Assembly: GCA_946412015.1 (NCBI GenBank)
Contig: CAMKGA010000005.1
Span: 2,265-66,264, forward strand
Source: an uncultured Bacillales bacterium
GTDB taxonomy: Bacteria > Bacillota_I > Bacilli_A > RF39 > UBA660
Direction: 5' to 3'
Length of the DNA: 64,000 nt
In this document: positions 63,275-64,000 of the stretch, piece after piece
How positions within the stretch are numbered: position 1 is the first letter of the stretch
Layout of the letters: each line of letters opens with the position of its first letter
The notes under the pieces: model-generated
Database searches by the model: none
The model's input: the letters and a program-made list of their open reading frames with translations, nothing else
Told to the model about the DNA's origin: nothing
Program-made: the position numbers and the translations under genes

Positions 63275-64000
63275 ATGAATAAAGTATATAATACTCAAGA
63301 AGAAATTGCAACTAAATTAAAGAATTTTTTATTAGAATGTTTTGGTAATATAAGAAAAACTCAACTTAAAATTATTCCTTATATTGTTATTTGTATGATT
63401 TTAGCTGGTTCTACTGTTGCATCCGATATCGCAATGAAATTAAAGGATAGCTTTTCACTAATACAACATGACTATATTATTAAAAGAATAAAAAGATTCT
63501 TTACAAATAAAAACTATACTGTAAAGCATGAGGATAAACGTGTTCATATCATTTTTGACCATATGTTCTCTCACGATAATTATACTGTTTTTATGATTAC
63601 TATGAGAATTGGAAAACAAGGTATACCTTTATGGTTTAGATGTTATAAGGGAAAAGATGATCCTAAAGCATTCGATGAGGAAATGTTAAAAAAAGGAATC
63701 TCCTATGCATCATCGTTATTTCCAGCTGATTATGACCTAATTTTCCTTGCCGATAGATGGTTCAATTCTACTTCACTTCTTGATCACATTAATTCTTTAG
63801 GAAGAACTTATGTTGTTAGATTAAAAGGAAGTATAAGGTGTTATGTTTATGATAAAAAAGAGGGGCATAAAATTTGGACAACCACCGGTAATTTATATGC
63901 TTAAGGAAATAAATCGGCATTTTACAATGATATTGAAATCACTAACAAACAATTTAAAACAAATATCACAGTAAGCAAAAAGAAAGGCGTTAAAGAACCA
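63275..64000 (+). pseudogene. IS4-like DDE transposase, interrupted by an in-frame TAA and truncated by the window edge
   Basis: A DDE_Tnp_1-like segment (LIFLADRWF...TYVVRLKG) is present. The frame continues open for 32 codons after the TAA at 63902-63904, up to the window end. Confidence 0.55.

Overview
This is a low-GC (under 30% by eye) Bacillota-type chromosomal segment read with the standard genetic code. About 90% of genes are on the minus strand.

**Layout, left to right**
- **1-10.1 kb:** a very compact 13-gene minus-strand operon for NAD salvage and ADP-ribose recycling (pncA, pncB, Nudix, nadE, nadD, ADP-ribosylglycohydrolase, CinA/PncC, DUF5662-like, nadK). Its middle holds three translationally coupled radical-SAM genes and a P-loop kinase-like gene.
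- **10.1-12.8 kb:** an AAA+ / vWA-like cassette. Each of its two genes is split by a single in-frame stop. Its promoter/operator module is about 85% identical to the NAD operon's.
- **13.4 kb:** map.
- **14.2-22.8 kb:** an ~8.2-kb integrative mobilizable element next to tRNA-Cys, bounded by perfect 378-bp direct repeats. It carries a large serine recombinase, a MobV relaxase, an IS110 copy with a candidate bridge RNA, a histidine phosphatase, a truncated DUF1016 nuclease and an orphan 268-aa gene.
- **22.9-33.6 kb:** dinB, clpC (preceded by an unannotated cse60-like gene), an M23 peptidase, a TIGR01212 radical-SAM gene and rny.
- **33.8-40.9 kb:** an atypical heat-shock operon, hrcA-grpE-orf169-dnaK-pepF-dnaJ, with two CIRCE elements. 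GrpE has a metallothionein-like Cys-rich N-terminus.
- **40.9-49.7 kb:** a frameshifted DHH phosphoesterase, an IS200 copy, an SPFH/zinc-ribbon pair, a kinase-transglutaminase fusion, a candidate type I toxin-like small ORF and tRNA-Arg.
- **49.9-64.0 kb:** dnaE, rpmB (missed by the ORF track), miaA, queA, gap, clpP and a partial IS4-like transposase at the window edge.

No rRNA genes, CRISPR arrays or phage structural genes were seen.

The best candidate for an undescribed system is the radical-SAM trio plus kinase inside the NAD/ADP-ribose operon, together with the co-regulated AAA+/vWA-like cassette. All family calls come from motif reading by eye, not from searches.
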